Shown here: positions 51,651 through 64,000 of the stretch, in pieces
Position numbering within the stretch: the stretch's first letter is position 1
Layout of the letters: each line of letters opens with the position of its first letter
Assembly (NCBI GenBank): GCA_964016885.1
Contig: OZ024740.1
Coordinates: 351,726,001 to 351,790,000, forward strand
Origin: Eledone cirrhosa
Taxonomy: Eukaryota
DNA length: 64,000 nt
Direction of reading: 5' to 3'
Program-made: the position numbers and the translations under genes
The notes under the pieces: generated by a model
Database searches by the model: none
What the model was told of the DNA's origin: nothing
Seen by the model: only the letters and a program-made list of their open reading frames with translations

Positions 51651-52074
51651 GATCATCATCATCATCATCAACGTTTAACGTCCGTGTTCCACGCTTGCAT
51701 GGGTTTGGACGGGGGTAGTCCCACTTGAGGCAAGAGTGATTGTCTTGCTCGCATAGGACTGTCTGGCAGGTTTTCTACAGTTGGATGCCCTTCCTAACAC
51801 CAACCACATTTACAGTGTGGGTCTGGGAGGTTTTTACCGTGTTGCCTACACGGCCACATTACAGCGTGGACTGTGTGTTTTTTTGTCGTGACACCTACAC
51901 GATCTCATTTGTTTCGGCCTGGATGGTGTGGCACCAACACAACTTTACATAGAACGGGGTGGTGTGGATGGGGTGGGGGTGGGGGGGGGGGGGGGGTATT
52001 TTGTTAGAGATGCCTACTGGCTGTAGTAGGTTTTACTATGTATTTAGGTAAGGCGGGTCTTCTCTGTTACTGAG
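51651..52074 (-). mobile_element. RTE 3' end
   Basis: Near-identical to 26013-26433. Confidence 0.9.
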
Positions 52075-52099
52075 ATGCACAGTAATTTGAGTGATGATG

Positions 52100-52127
<28 letters not shown>

Positions 52128-52130
<3 letters not shown>

Positions 52131-52320
52131 GAAATGGCTTCTACAGGACTAGAACTGTTTCATTCGAAGGAAATCACCAGGAAAGGGCTTTCCTGATGAT
52201 TTCCTTGGAATGAAACAGTCTTATCCTGTAGAAGTTATTTCTATATTAAAAAATTATACTCCGCAATGTATTGAGTACCTACTTACTGTGGTTACCCTCG
52301 ATTGAACATGGGACACATGT
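52128..52320 (+). mobile_element. Palindromic mini-element with hammerhead-like motif (52189-52234)
   Basis: Arms at 52128-52185 / 52188-52244. Right arm reads TTTC-CTGATGA-tTTC(cttg)GAAt-GAA-ACAG(tcttatc)CTGT-A|GAAG. A roughly 75-nt tail follows, and both flanks are (AT)n. Confidence 0.62.
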
Positions 52321-53149
52321 ATGTGTGTATATATATATATAAGCAAAGGGATATTTAATTTGTTGAACTACGTCTTTTAAATATATATTTAAAATGTAAA
52401 ATCAACATCCTTCGTAACTCATATTAGAAATGTAAACAAATTAATATGTGTGTTTTATATCTATATAATCACCAATAATATTTATACACTTATATGTATA
52501 TATTATATGTATATAGATATTTATATACTTACAACCATAATTCTTCATATAATCTAATTGATTATATATATAATATTATAACTCATAATTTAGCTAAATA
52601 TTTTTTTAATTCTGGAATCATATTCCACCACTCCAACAAACTGTTAATTCTTAACGTTTCAATCTTTTTAAATACACGTACATTACATTATAGTAATATA
52701 AATACAAGCTTTTCTTTCTTTCTCCTTCTTCTTCCTATACATATATATATCCTAATAATTATTTAAATCTACCTAGTGTCTAAAAATAACGTTTTTTTCA
52801 GCCCTATGCTTCAACCTCATTTGCATATTCATCTTAATAATTTGAAATATTTGTTTTTTCCTCTCTTCCCCTTTTTCCTTTTACTATCCAGGTAAAACTT
52901 GAACCGTTAAGGTCTCATTCCTGGATATGTCAATATTTATAAAACAAGCTTTGTATTTTATTTGAAGGTGTTGGTACCCTTGAAATATATATAATAGAAT
53001 AAATATGGTTTTATAAATACAGTTTCCATTTATTAATATCATTGATATATATATGCTATTCGATAATTCTATCGTATCTTTCAAAACAATCTTCTTGTAT
53101 TTTTTAAATTCCCATAATTCTTCTCTTATTACTGTTATGTATGCTTGTT

Positions 53150-56100
53150 AAATTATGCCCAAAATTTGAGGATTTTATTTAAACCTTCTCGCTTACTACG
53201 CCATATTCCTCCCACCCGCCCCCACTCACTGTCGTGGGCCAATCATAAGTCAGCGGCCTATGCTATCACTTAAGTTTAGACCTGGTTGCCTTGCGATATG
53301 ATGGATGGACTACAGAATTCTGGAGAGTTTGAAAAGAAAAAATCTGGACACTCAGTGACAATGCAAAAGATAAAGACAAATTCACCTCATGCTGCCAGAC
53401 GAGAATGCAAGGACTCCTCCTCTTTATTTCGGCCGCGGATGGCTAACATAACCCCATCTCCCTCACCACCCCCCTGCGCCCCACCGTTCCCACCCTCCAA
53501 ACGCAATCCCAAACTTCAGAGTTGGTACCATGAATGTAGTTGGTACCTTAAAAGGTCGCTCTAACGAGGTTGTAGAAATGCTTGAACGTAAGGAGGTCGA
53601 TGTTTGCTGTATTCAAGAGACCAGGTGGAGGGGTGGGTCTGATAGATTCATTGTGGGTAAAAAACGATGCTATAAGCTTTTCTGGGTGGGAAATGACAAT
53701 GGGCTGGGTGGAGTAGGAATCATGGTAGCAGAAAAGTGGGTAGATAAGATAATAGACGTAAATAGAGTGAACCACAGAATAATTAAAATAAGACTTGTCC
53801 TCAATAGAACTACTGTGACAATAATATCTGCATATGCACCACAATCCGGACTGCCTGGAATTATAAAAGACAGATTCTATGAGACGTTAATGCTCACTAC
53901 CTTCCAAATAACCGACAGTGACTACATAGTTATCGCTGGCGACCTAAATGGTCACGTTGGACAACATTGTGACGGCTATGACGGAATCCATGGAGGCTAT
54001 GGGTTTGGTACTAGAAATGAGGAAGGCTCCAGAATCCTGGAATTCTGTGACGCAAATAACCTAACTATCTGTAACACTAACTTAAAAAAAACGAGACAAT
54101 CACTTGATCACCTATAGATCAGGGGAACACACCAGCCAGGTAGATTATATCCTTACCAGAAGACGTGACAGAGTGTCTGTTGTAAACACTAAATCCCTTC
54201 CCAATAAAGAATGCACCTCTCAACATAGACTCATAATTAGCGACCTCATAGTCAGGACAAGATGTGCTCGACAACAAAAGAGGACTATCCTCAGGAGAAA
54301 AATATGGAAGCTAAAGGACCCCACAGCCAGTAATAAATTTAAAAGCATATTACTTGATGCTTTTGATAGTAAGGAAGAGCAATTAGAGTCGGACAATATA
54401 GAGGAACAGTGGGAATTCCTGAAAGCAAACCTGCTGACGGCGGCAGACGAACTCTGTGGCTGGAGCAGGCCTGTAGGTAAGAGGAGAGTAACATGGTGGT
54501 GGAACAGTAAGGTGGGGGAGTCAATTAAGGCCAAAAAGCAGGCTTGGAAAGTATGGCGGGATGGGGGAAGTAGAGAAGACTATCAAGTGGCCAGGAGGGA
54601 AGCTAGGAGACAAGTGTACTTCGCAAGAAGGGAAGCAGAGGAAAGAAAGTTCAAGCATGTTCTACAACGCGAGGACCAAAAACGTGAGGTGTTCAGGATT
54701 GCTAGGCAATGTGTCAAGGAAAACTGTGATATTGTCGGGGAGAAGTGTGTCCTTAATGATAATCGTGTACTTGCCATCACTGACTCTGATAAGAAGGTAG
54801 CTTGGAAGTGTCACTACGAAAGGCTACTAAATGAGGGGAATAATTGGGAGAAAGACAGTCTCCCCCACATCGATCCAATAGAGGGACCAGCAGTGCAAGT
54901 TGAAGGTAGTATAATAAGTAAGGCGATCAAAGACATGAAGACAGGCAAGGCAGCTGGGCCTTCGGAAATAGTTGCTGAAATGCTGAAAGCATCTGAAATG
55001 GTGGGACACACTATGGTCACCTGGATAGTAAATCAAGTCATAGAGAATAGGGTCGTTCCGAAGGACTGGCATAGCAGCATCATCATTAACTGCTACAAGG
55101 GTAAAGGAGATGCCCTAGATAGGGGAAACTATAGAGGCATTAAATTAATTGACCAGGTCATGAAGGTCACAGAAAAAGTAATAGCGCAACTAATCAGAGA
55201 GCGAATTGATCTAGATGAAATGCAGTTCGGGTTTGTGTCAGGTAAAAGTACAACAGACACTCTTTTCATTGTACGACAACTACAGGAGAAGTACCTAGCT
55301 AAAAGTAAACCCCTATACTTAGCTTTTGTTGACTTGGAGAAAGCCTTTGACAGAGTACCCCACTCGATTATCTGGTGGGCTCTTAGAAAACTAGGTGTTG
55401 ATGAATGGCTTGTGAGAGCTATACAAGCCATGTATAAAGAAACAGTCAGCAAGGTTAGAATTAACAACGAATATAGTGAAGAGTTTAGCGTAAAAGTTAG
55501 TGTTCATCAGGGCTCCGTCATTAGCCCCCTACTATTTATTATTGCCCTTCAGGCTATAACAGAGGAGTTCAAGACTGGCTGCCCATTGTAACTCTTATAT
55601 GCAGATGATCTAACGCTCATAGCTGAATCAATGGCTGAACTAGAGAAGAAATTCCAAACATGGAAGCGGCTTAGAATCAAACGGCCTTAAAATTAACCTG
55701 TCTAAGACTAAAGTTCTAGTTTGTAGGAAGAAAAATAGGGCACTGGTCCCATCTGGGAAATGGCCATGTTCAGTGTGTAGGAAAGGAGTAGGCAGAAACT
55801 CCATTTTATGTCCCAAAAGCAAAGTATGGCTGCATAAAAGATGTATTGGGATCACAGGTAAGCTAACTAAGAATATAGATTTTATATGTGGCCGGTGCTC
55901 AGGTGCAATAAGTAGCAGCAAGTGCCCACAGAATACTAGCTCATTCCATTGCACAGATGGTTCTATAAAAATAGTGGACACCTTCCGTTACCTGGGTGAC
56001 AAAATCAGCAGTGGTGGAGGGTGCTCTGAAAGTACAGTAGCTAGAGTCAGAACAGGATGGGAAAAGTTCAGAGAGCTTATACCACTATTGGCCGCTAAAG

Positions 56101-56930
56101 GGTTCTCTCTAAAAATGAAAGGCAGGCTGTATGATGCCTGCATACGAACAGCAATGTTACATGGCAGTGTGACTTGGGCATTGTGTGCAGAGGATATACG
56201 CAGACTGGAGAGGAACGAAGCTTGCATGCTCCATTGGATGTGTAATAGTAATATACGTGAACGGCAAAGCATAAATGAACTAAGGGAGAAATTAGGAATA
56301 AGAGGGATCAGATGTTGTTTACTCGAGAGAAGCTACGTTGGTATGGTCACGTGATGCGCATGAAAGACGACAACTGTATAAAAAAGTGCAGGGCGATAAA
56401 AATAGACAGTAGCCACGGAGTAGGCAGACCCAGAAAAACCTGGGACGACTTGATAAATTCCGATCTCACACACTTACACCTCTCCAAGACAATGTCACTG
56501 GACCGATATCTTTGGCGCTACACAGTAATACAGAAGACCCGCCTTGCCTAAGTACAAAGCGAAACCTACAGTCAGTAGGCACCTCTAACAAAAATACACC
56601 CCATCCCACCGCCCCCACCCCATCCACACCACCCCTTTCGATGTAAAGTTATGTTGTTACCACAACATCCAGTCCGAAACAAATGAGGTCGTGTAGGTGT
56701 CACGACAAAACACACACAGTCCACGCTGTAATGTGGCCGTGTAGGTAACACGGTAAAAACCTCCCAGTCCACACTGTGAACGTGGTTGGTGTTAGGAAGA
56801 GCATCCAGCCGTAGAAAACCCACCAGACAGTCCTATACGAGCAGGACAACCAATCTTGCCTCAAGTGGGAAAATTCCCGTCCAAACGCATGCAAGCGTGG
56901 AAGATGGACATTAAACGATGATGATGATGA
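53150..56930 (+). mobile_element. Near full-length RTE LINE, frameshifted
   Basis: APE 53530-54117, RT 54104-55591, PHD/C-terminus 55773-56551, then 3'UTR and (GAT)n. The 5' boundary is approximate. Confidence 0.93.
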
Positions 56931-57046
56931 TATATATATATATATATATATATAACACCAACCATGTTTACAGTGTGGAACAGGATGGCTCTGTTATGAG
57001 GAGCGACAGGCCAGTTGGCCATGCCCAACCCATCTCACAATGGAAC

Positions 57047-59596
57047 CATGTTTTAGCTAAATTTCTAACACAACTATGGACTACCCTGTTTAGCCATAGT
57101 AGCTGATATTTCTAGCACACCTATGAACCACAATGAGGTTTCCTTTGTTTATCTGATGTAAATGCTGTTTCTCACAAACCTATGGGCCACCATGAAGTTC
57201 CTCCTATTTAGCTGCCATTTCTAGAACACCAATGTACCACTATGATGTTCCCCCTATTTAGCTGATATAAATGCTATTTCTAACAAACCTATGGACCACC
57301 ATGATTTTTTCCCTATTTAGGCAACAGTGAGGTTCTCCCAATTTAGCTGCTATTTCTAGTACATCTATGGACCACCATGAGATTCACCCTATTTAACTAC
57401 TATTTCTAGCACACCTATGCACCACCATGAGGTTCCCCCTATTTAGCTGCTATTTCAAACACACCTATGGACAACCATGAATTTCTTCCTATTTAGATAA
57501 TGTAGCTGCTATTTTTAGCACACCTATGGACCCCCATGTGGTTCTTCCTTTTTATCTGCTATTACTAACATGCCTATAGACCACCATGAGGTCCCCCATA
57601 TTTAGCTAATATTTTTAGTAAACCCATGGACCCTCAAAATGTTCTTCCTGATTAGATGATATAGCTACTATTTCTAGCACAGCTATGGACCTTTATGAGG
57701 TTCCCCTTATTGAGCTGCTTTTTCTAGCACACCTATGGACTATCATGTTGTTCCCCAAGTTTTACTGATGTAGTTGCTATTCCTAGCACATCTACATACC
57801 CATGAGGTTCCAGCTATTTAGCTGCTATTTCTAGCACACCTATAGACCACCATATGGTTTTCCCTATTTAGCTGTTATTTCTAGCACACCTATGAACCAC
57901 CATATGGTTTACCCTATTTAGCTGTTATTTCTAGCACACCTATGGACCACCATGCGGTTTTTCCTGTTTATCTTTTGAGCTGCTATTTCTAGCAAACTTA
58001 TGGACCACCATGAGAGTCACCTATATAGCTTCTATTCTTATCACACCAATGGATCACCATAAGTTTCCCCCCTATTTAGTTGCTATTTCTCTAGCTGAAC
58101 TATGTACCACAATGAGGTTCCCCCTATTTAACTGCTATTTCTAGCACACATATTGACTACTATGTGGTTCCTTCTGTTTTACTGATGTAGCTGCAATTTA
58201 TAGCACACTTTTGGACCACTATGAGGTTCCCTCTATTTAGCTGCTATTTTTAGCACTCTTTTGAACTACCATGATGTAGCTGCTATTTCTAGCACACCTA
58301 TGGACCACAATGAGCTTCCCTTTCTTAGCTGCTATTTCTAGGACACTTATGTACCACCATGAAGTTCCCCTTATTTAGCTGCTATTTATAGCACACCTAT
58401 GGACCACCATGTGGTTTTCCCTATTTAGCCGTTATTTCTAGCACGCCAATTGACCAGCATGACTTCCCTTTATTTAGAGTCTATTTCTAGCCCTATTTAG
58501 CTGCTATTTCTAACATGCTTATGGACCCTATGTGGTTCCTCCTGTTTTCTCGATGTAGCTGATATTTCTAGCACACCTATGAACCACTATGGGGTCCACA
58601 TATTTAGCTGCTATTTCTAACACACCTTTGGACCACCATATTGTTTTCCCTATTTAGCTGTTATTTCTAACACACCAATGGACCATTATCAGGTTCCCCC
58701 TATTTAGCTGCTATTTCTAACACACCTATGAACCACTACGGGGTTTCTCCTGTTTATCTTTGTAGCTGCCTCTTCTAGCACACCTATGAACCACTATCAT
58801 GTTCTCTCTTTTTTTCTGATGTAGCTGCTATTTCTAGCACTCTTATGGACCACACTTATGTTTCCCCTTATTAGCTGCTATTTCTAGCACACCTATGTAC
58901 CACCATCAGGTTCCCTTATTTAGCTGCTATTTCTAGCACAAATATGGACCACTATGTGCATCCCTCTATTTAGCTGCTATTTCTATTCCTATGGACTACG
59001 ATGAGGTTCCCTCAGTTTAGCTGATGTGGCTGCCATTTCTAGCGCACCTATGGACCACCATGTGGTTTTCCCTGTTTAGCTGTTATTACAAGCACCCCTA
59101 TGAACCACCATAAGGTTCCCCTTATTTGACTGCAATGTCTAGCACACTTGTAGACCACTATATGATTGCATACGTTTAGCTGATGTAGCTGCTATTTCTA
59201 ACACACCTATGGAGGTTTCCCTTATTTATCTGATGTAGCTGCAAACTCCTAGCACACCTATGGACCACAATGAGTTTTCTCCTGTTTAGCTGATGTAACT
59301 GCTATTTCTAGCACACTTTTGGACCACTATAGGTTCCCTCTATTTAGCTGCTATTTCTTGCACTCCTTTGGACTACCATGAGACTCTTCCTGTTTAGCTG
59401 ATGTAGCTACTATTTCTAGCTCACCTATGGTCCACCATGAGGTTCCCCCTTTTTTAGCTGCTATTTCTATCACATCTATAGACGACCATGAGGTGCCACT
59501 GTTTAGCTGTTTTTTTGTAGCTGATGTAGCTGCTATTTATAGCACATGTACTTTATTTATAGCATATGTACCATGATGAGTTTTCCCCTGTTTATC
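57047..59596 (+). repeat. Diverged satellite with 50-bp unit and 59-bp variant (roughly 48 units)
   Basis: Consensus about ATTTAGCTGCTATTTCTAGCACACCTATGGACCACCATGAGGTTCCCCCT. The variant inserts GATGTAGCT. Confidence 0.93.
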
Positions 59597-62500
59597 AGCA
59601 ACTAACCCCCATCTTCGACGACTATGAGATCTACGCATCTCTCTGTCAGCCAGAGGTGGGGGTGGAGTGGTTGTCATGTTTCGGAAGAACCTGGACTTCG
59701 AAGTACAGCAAGTACACTTGGACCCGGAGGGTAGACTGGTAGTCCTAGACGTGAACAGTATTGGAGGTGGAGCCTTCAGACAGGTGGCCATTTATGCCCG
59801 ACCGGGCAATCGCAATCACGGCCAGACTTCTTTAAGCGTCTAGAGTCCTTTCTGGGAACGTCTCGCTCCTTACTTTTAGTGGGGGACTGGAATGGTATCC
59901 TAGATGCACAATGGGACTATGAGGGAGCATGTTCCAGTAGAGTGGGGTGCAACAGCCTCAAAACTTTAATCGGCCAATTCCAACTGGCCGATAGGTATCG
60001 ACTGGATTTCCCGACTGCACCACAGTGGACGTGGGCAAACCGCAGTGGGACATCTAGATCGTATTTAGATAGGTTCTTCATTAGAGAAAGGGACAAGGAG
60101 ATGTTAAGCTGTCCACGAATGCACATGGTTGCCTATTCAGATCACAAATTAGTCGTCTACTTAGTCAACCGTGATAGAACACATAAACAAGGACCCGGAT
60201 ACTGGAAGCTGAACGTGTCGTTGCCGGCACGTAAAGCTTACAGTGAACGGATAAGAAGACTAGTCAAGCAACAGTTAACAGGAGCCATCGTCAACAATAG
60301 ATGGTGGTACTCTCTCAAGAAAGCAATTAGAATAGAATCGATAACGTTTAGCAGAGAGTTAGCCTTAGAGAAAAACAAACTAGAAAGAGAACTAATAGCC
60401 AAGGTAGAGGAGACACTTAGAAGTGGCAATGCGGCTAGAGTGTTAGCATCGAGAATGGCACTCGACCAGTTCTTCGATGCGAAACACAAAGGCTGCGTGG
60501 TCAGAAGCAAAATACGTGCTCTAGGAAATGAAGGAGCGAAAGCTGTCAGCTGGGTCCGAGTGGCGGAGGCAAAAAGTGGCAACAAGTCCACAATTCAGTC
60601 TTTGAAAGATCAAAACGGACGCGTGCTACTTGACCCCAAGCAAATGTGCACGGCCTTTCAGCAGCACTTTTCGTGACTGTTTGAGCAGAACGACGGTGAG
60701 CCGAACAGGGCAATGAGCTTTAGTTCATACCTCGACGGCCTGCCGCGTCTCTCAAACACGGATGCCGAGTTCTGCGATAGACCAATCACGGACACTGAGA
60801 TACGGGACGCTCTGGGAGCTGCAAGTCCTCGAAGCTGTCTACTGCAGTTGGCAGCAGAACGGGAGAATTCCCAGTTCTGCAGGCAAGGGCGTAGTAATGC
60901 TGATCAGGAAAGACGAGAACAAGGGGACGATATTAACAACTTCAGGCCCATAACTCAGCTCAACACAGAGTTAAAGATTTTGGCCAAGGTGCTAGCGACA
61001 AGGTTGGCGCTTGTCGTCGAGAACCTGGTAGGGAAAGCGCAAACGTGTGCAATCCCGACCAGGTCCATACACGACAACCTCCACCTTATGCGATACATCA
61101 TAGAGAGGGTGGGTAATAAACCCGGCTTCGGTGGGGCTCTGATCAATTTGGATCAGTCTAAGGCATTCGATAGGGTCGACCATCGATACTTGGAAGCGGT
61201 TCTCAAGGCGGCCGGTTTCGGTCCTGTGTTCAGAGGCTGGATCGAGGCGATGCACACCAGCATCTGCTCGAGGGTCAAGGTGAACGGCTACCTATCGGAG
61301 CCGTTCGCAATCACGCATTCCATTCGACAGGGGTGTCCTCTCTCCTCCATTCTGTATGTATTGACTCTAGAGCCACTACTGCGGAAATTGGAGCTGTTGC
61401 AGGGCATCCCTCTAGAACCGGGACTGCGAAAAGCAGCGTCGGCTTATGCCGACGATGTGACGGTAATGGTGTCGAACACCTCGGAAATCGGGGTGATCGG
61501 CAACTTACTGAAAGAATACGAAACGCTGATGGGAGCAAAACTAAACCCGGACAAGTCTGTCGGTTTGCAACTCAGTACGTGGAGAGGCAAACCGATGATG
61601 TCCGACAGCGTTGTTGGACGCTGGATGGACGGACCGGTGAAATTGCTCGGGGTCTGGTTCGGTCCAGACCTTCAGGTGGAGAAAAACTGAAATGAGGTCA
61701 CGGCCAAGGTGTTTGCACTCACCCAGAAGTGGGCAGAGTGCAAACTGTCCTTGAAAGGTCGAGCGGAGGTGGCAAACCCTTTCATAGCGTCCGTCATCTA
61801 CTACCGCTTGACTGTCGTGCCTTGTCCCTGTGAACACCTCACCAAGATAGAATGCATGCTCTTCCAGTTTCTGTGGGAGAAGCAGGCTCCTCTGATGAGG
61901 AGATCCATCTGCTGTCAGCACCCTTCCAACGGAGGGCTGGGAATGCCATGGCTGATGATGCGCAAACATGCGCTGAGGCTGTGCATCTCCAGGTATTCCT
62001 CACCGACCCCCAACCGGTGTGGGCACCGTTTGTGAGACAGGCTTTCCCACAGCTCATCTCGCTGATGGAGCTGCAGTCCTGGGTTAAGAAAAGACCGAAA
62101 ACATTGAATGCGCTCAGAGTCCTCTGGCAAGCGGGCGCAGCAATCAGTGGAGACTCCACTTCGACATTCTATAGAGGGATTGTACGTTGCAAGGGCGACG
62201 ACGTGGTCGGAGAGACTCTGGGCGTCGAAGACGATGAGCTCACCAGTCTGTTTGGTAGGACTTTCCGCCCGGGACCTATGGACAACTTCCAGAGGTCCCT
62301 GGCCTGTGAGTGCTACCGAGGAGCTCTACCGGTTCGCGACAAGATCTACAGGCACGGACGCCCCGGCAGGGATCCTTCCAAGAGGATGTGTCCAAGATGC
62401 ACGCAGGACATTGAAACAGTCCTGCATGCAATTGTACACTGCTCGGGCGTAATCGACCTGTGGAACTATGCAGAACAACTGCTGTTGCGTATGGGACAAA

Positions 62501-63030
62501 TCCAGTTGACTGCCGAGTCCATAGTAAGGATCAAACCGCCAGCCTCTTTCAAAAACAAAAGAGAGGCGGTTTTCCTCTGTTCGGTGGCTATGGTGAAAGA
62601 AGTTATATGGTGGACGAGATTGAGAAGACTGAGGACAGATGCCTTTCTCTCCGGACAACAATTGATTCCCTTCTTTAAGTATCACTTTAGAAGGATAATC
62701 AGCATGGAGAGAGAGGCACTGCACCCCAGTAAATTTACTGAAAGGTGGGTGAATGAAGCGAAAATGGCCCGAGTGATTGGACCTTCTCTGTTTATAAGCC
62801 TGTAGGTTGAAGAAGAGAGCAAAAGGAAGAAAGGAGCACTTGCACAACACGCTCCTGCAGTTGAGGGTTGTTCTATCGACGGGGTATTAAACAACCAATT
62901 TGTGGCGCTTCCCCCCTATTGGGGATTTCGATTGTTGTAATTGTTTGTTTTTATAATTTTTACACGACTGTATGTAAAATCCCCAGCATGTCTTTGTATT
63001 GTCTCCTTTTCTTGTGCGCCCTTGTGTCAA
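59596..63030 (+). mobile_element. Tx1/L1-clade LINE ORF2 (APE, RT, zf-RVT), 5'-truncated and frameshifted
   Basis: Motifs GDWN, SYLDRF, SDH, GPGYWKLN, FRPITQLN, DQSKAFD, RQGCPLS, YADD and CPRC..ETVLH. Ends with AATAAAGAAA. Confidence 0.92.
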
Positions 63031-63536
63031 ATAAAGAAATATATCTCTATATATACTATCATCAGTAGATGTTGAAATAATCAGTATAGATTTTACTCAT
63101 AGAGATTATTGCATTTGAAGTTTCTAAAATTATTGGCTAGTTTCAATTGATTTGAGTGAGTTAAAAACTTCTAGCAATGTTGTTGTGTATGAAAATCAAT
63201 CGCAATATTCTTAAACCTTAGATTTAACAACTGCTCATGCAGGTGTGTATGAAAGGAACATGATTTAGAGCTTAGGGTAATTGGCTTATGATCGTAAAAT
63301 GCTGTGTTTGGTTCCTGGTAGCACATTGTCTTTGAGCAAGATACTTTATTTCACTTTGCTTCAGTCCACTCAGCTGGCACAGTTGACCTCAGTGAGAGTT
63401 GAACTAAGAGCACAGAGAACTGGAACACATGCCTTAAAGCATTTTGTTCTATATGTTAATGGCACTGCTATTTTTCTGGTTACACATCTGAAAATGTACT
63501 CACTATTGGTGTTACACAGCTTATTAATTATACAGA

Positions 63537-63687
63537 GGGCAGTGGATTGGCAGTATCGGTAGAGGATTGGACACCATCCTTTGCAGCATAGAGTTACTGC
63601 CCTCTACGAGATTAACTTTGCCTTTCATAAGGCACCAGTAATGCACTGGGGTAATTGGTGGCCTTGTGCCAAAGGTAGAAACAATTA
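63537..63687 (+). mobile_element. Family-2 SINE with internal deletions
   Basis: Head ggcagtggattggcagtatcggtagag and tail ggccttgtgccaaaggtagaaacaatt. Confidence 0.75.
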
Positions 63688-64000
63688 ATTATACATTTTT
63701 CCAGTGTTGTGGTGCACATTTTCAGTTGGGTTGACTAGGTTACAAGAGAGTCATGTGATTTAGTCGTGAAAAGAATGGTGTACTATTAATGGGTTTAAAC
63801 TACCAGCTCCTCATCTGTTCTTCTGGTTGCCATCAAATTGGACATAAATTCAAAGTTTAGATGCTTTATTGATTATGCTACATTTTTTTGGTTCTTTTAA
63901 ACATTATGTATTTACACGATGTTCAAAAATAAGTAGAGACAAGACATGGTTGAATTATTCAGAAGATTAATCAATAACACACTCATATATATATATATAT

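Noticed and set aside
57047-59596. CRISPR-like repeat/spacer array
   Set aside because: The variable parts are mutated copies of each other, so this is a diverged satellite.
46303-64000. Upstream GRIP exon for the first half of PDZ3
   Set aside because: Searched by eye on the minus strand and not found. It probably lies beyond the window, though a short exon could have been missed.

Overview
AT-rich, microsatellite-dense animal DNA. The repeat families suggest an octopus or other cephalopod; this is an inference and was not verified. The whole window lies inside one minus-strand gene, a GRIP1/2-like multi-PDZ scaffold. Six GT-AG exons (46302 down to 11621) splice in frame and encode the second half of PDZ3, a Ser-rich linker, PDZ4 and the first half of PDZ5. 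The introns hold about 12 RTE-clade LINE copies, whose ORF carries a C4HC3 PHD-type finger after the RT core. They also hold two Tx1/L1-clade LINEs, CR1, CRE-like and R4/Dong-like remnants, a Penelope-like GIY-YIG element, two tRNA-derived SINE families and two satellites. Three signals stand out. (1) At least seven unrelated hammerhead-ribozyme-like motifs occur, including two U3-A8 core variants; three of these motifs sit in small non-coding elements with a shared Penelope-type fold-back architecture. (2) A 33 x 48-bp minisatellite arose inside a CRE-like endonuclease coding remnant. (3) Inverted repeats recur, and some bracket frame-preserving exon blocks. All RNA folds were done by eye and are untested.
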